Shown here: in pieces, positions 62,283 through 64,000 of the stretch
Layout: each line of letters opens with the position of its first letter
Position numbering within the stretch: position 1 is the stretch's first letter
Assembly: GCA_051362555.1 (NCBI GenBank)
Contig: CM120641.1
Span: forward strand, 23,008,401-23,072,400
Length of the DNA stretch: 64,000 bases
Source: Lingula anatina
Taxonomy: Eukaryota > Animalia > Brachiopoda
Reading direction: 5' to 3'
Program-made: the position numbers and the translations under genes
The notes under the pieces: model-generated
What the model was told of the DNA's origin: nothing
Database searches by the model: none
Seen by the model: only the letters and a program-made list of their open reading frames with translations

Positions 62283-62688
62283 CTTAGACAATACAAAACC
62301 AAATTTACATCATTAAATTCACTTTAGCTACCTAATCTACAACACGTCGATTTTAGCCTAGCCACAGCCTGCAAATATCCACTTCCAACTTCCGGGAAAT
62401 AGTCCTTGTGATAAGTGCTAAATAAAAGCAAAATAATACACTAATTACCACCTAGGCTGCCTTTATAAGTTTTTCTTATGCTTACAGTATATTTTGCTGT
62501 TATAAACTCAAACTGAACGCATTTAACCTGGGACATTAATGATATTTTATTCCGCACTGCAGCTCTTTTGCATTTGAAGACCACAATTTGCCAAGACGGC
62601 GGAAATTTTGTGACAACTTATTTTCGTATTGAGAAATGAATGCTTTTTCTGCTAGCTTAAAAGAACATATCCGAGATCTATACTTCAG
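62283..62688. promoter_or_regulatory. Bidirectional promoter region between UBE4A and HAUS2
   Basis: Divergent 5' ends within about 400 bp; CpG-richer; ETS-like ACTTCCGG near 62388. Confidence 0.55.
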
Positions 62689-64000
62689 ATGATTATGGAG
62701 GACGTTCCTGACAGTCAATTCAACCCGTGGGTCGATGATGATAAGGCGCTAGGTACAATAAGCAGCGTTTTGAAAATTGCCGAGAGAACTGGACACATCA
62801 AAGGCTTGAAAGTAAGGGGGCGAAAGTAAGGCGACTCATTGCCCCAATTTTCGGCCTTACGTGCTACGTAAATGAGATCTCATAACAACCGTGTGTTAGA
62901 AACTCTGGAGACCATAAATACCCACAGTCTTGTGAATTACCTTGTTGTATATCATTGTAATTTAAGTAATTTTGTATCGGTTCACGCGCCAGTTTGATAA
63001 CGTTTAAAGGTGCTCTCCACCGGATTTTCATGCCAAAATTAATTTTACGGGATATTTCCACATTTTGGAAATCCTCCACAGTCATATTTATGTCCTTGAA
63101 AGCTTCTTTTATTTCCCAATTCAGGCTCTAAAGACAATAATAACCTTTTACGTATAAGTTAATCCTTGGAAGTAAATCGACTTCCATGATTTATCTGAAG
63201 CATGCTGTACTGCCATTATTATAACTTCTCAGTCTCTTAGGGTAGCCATGCATTACCAGTATGCATTGTCTGTATTATACATGGCACATTTATAGTTATA
63301 GTTATTCTACCCTATGCACAGGTGTCAGTAAGTAAGTAAGTAAGGCTTACCAAGTGACATTTAATATCATTTGTTTTTATTGCAGGATGCTTGCATCCCT
63401 GATGATGATGTATCCAGGAGGAGACTCTACTCAGAAGTTTCTTCTCTTAAATTTATCACCTTGCTGAGAGAAATTTCCAAAACCCAGAAACAGCTGGATA
63501 AGGTAAACTTGAAGTAAAAATTTCTCTATTTGTGCAATTTGGAAATATGCATTCACTTCTTTCAAAGCTTCATGCAGACACAAGCTATTTATTTATTTTT
63601 ATAAATTGCTTCTTTTCGTTCTAGGCTAATCTAGAAATTCAATGTCGGTTTCAAGATAAAGAAACTAGAGATGTTACACACATGGACACACTTGGTAGGT
63701 ACACAAATTATACAGAGTTCTTGTATCAAAGGTAATTGTGATATTTCTGTATAACATGAACTTTCTTGGACTATAATAATAATTGTGACTGAAGCACTTA
63801 TGACTGTTATTATTTTAGAGTTTAAAAGTATAATTGTTTTCATAGTCTAGTTGACATGTCTCGGTATTGTAGAGAAGAGATCTGCAGACATCACCAAGCT
63901 GTGCACTCATCTCCAGTCCATTGTCAACAATAAAAGTCATTTAATAGGAAGACTACAGCAGCCATTTGTTGGGGATTACCTTAAAATTGAAGCAACTTAT
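62689..64000 (+). CDS. HAUS2: HAUS augmin-like complex subunit 2, 5' part (runs off the window)
   Basis: Exons 62689-62811 (FNPW), 63386-63502, 63625-63694 (NLEIQCRFQDKETRDVTH), 63873->64000 (HLQSIVNNKSHLIGRLQQPFVGDYLKIEATY), matching recalled HAUS2 motifs. Confidence 0.82.

Overview
AT-rich, intron-containing animal (invertebrate, probably lophotrochozoan) genomic DNA. Bases 1-10360 hold a head-to-tail array of a BEL/Pao LTR retrotransposon on the minus strand. It has three apparently identical 821-bp LTRs shared between units, two complete internal regions, and a third cut by the window edge. Its single intact ORF keeps Gag, protease and integrase but has an in-frame deletion of RT and RNase H. 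The most striking observation is that the element has no tRNA-type primer-binding site. Removing a canonical GT-AG intron inside the LTR instead creates an 18-nt sequence perfectly complementary to the 18 nt just downstream of the LTR, which suggests splice-assembled self-priming. The rest of the window contains: an uninterrupted 735-aa helical protein (possible alpha-pore-forming-toxin-like); UCP4/SLC25A27 (with a GC-AG intron) head-to-head with GRB2, whose SH2+C-SH3+3'UTR half is tandemly duplicated behind one shared N-SH3; NOL12; UBE4A with a 986-aa antisense membrane-protein gene nested in an intron; the 5' part of HAUS2; and several MITEs and microsatellites. All coordinates were read by eye and may be off by a few bases.
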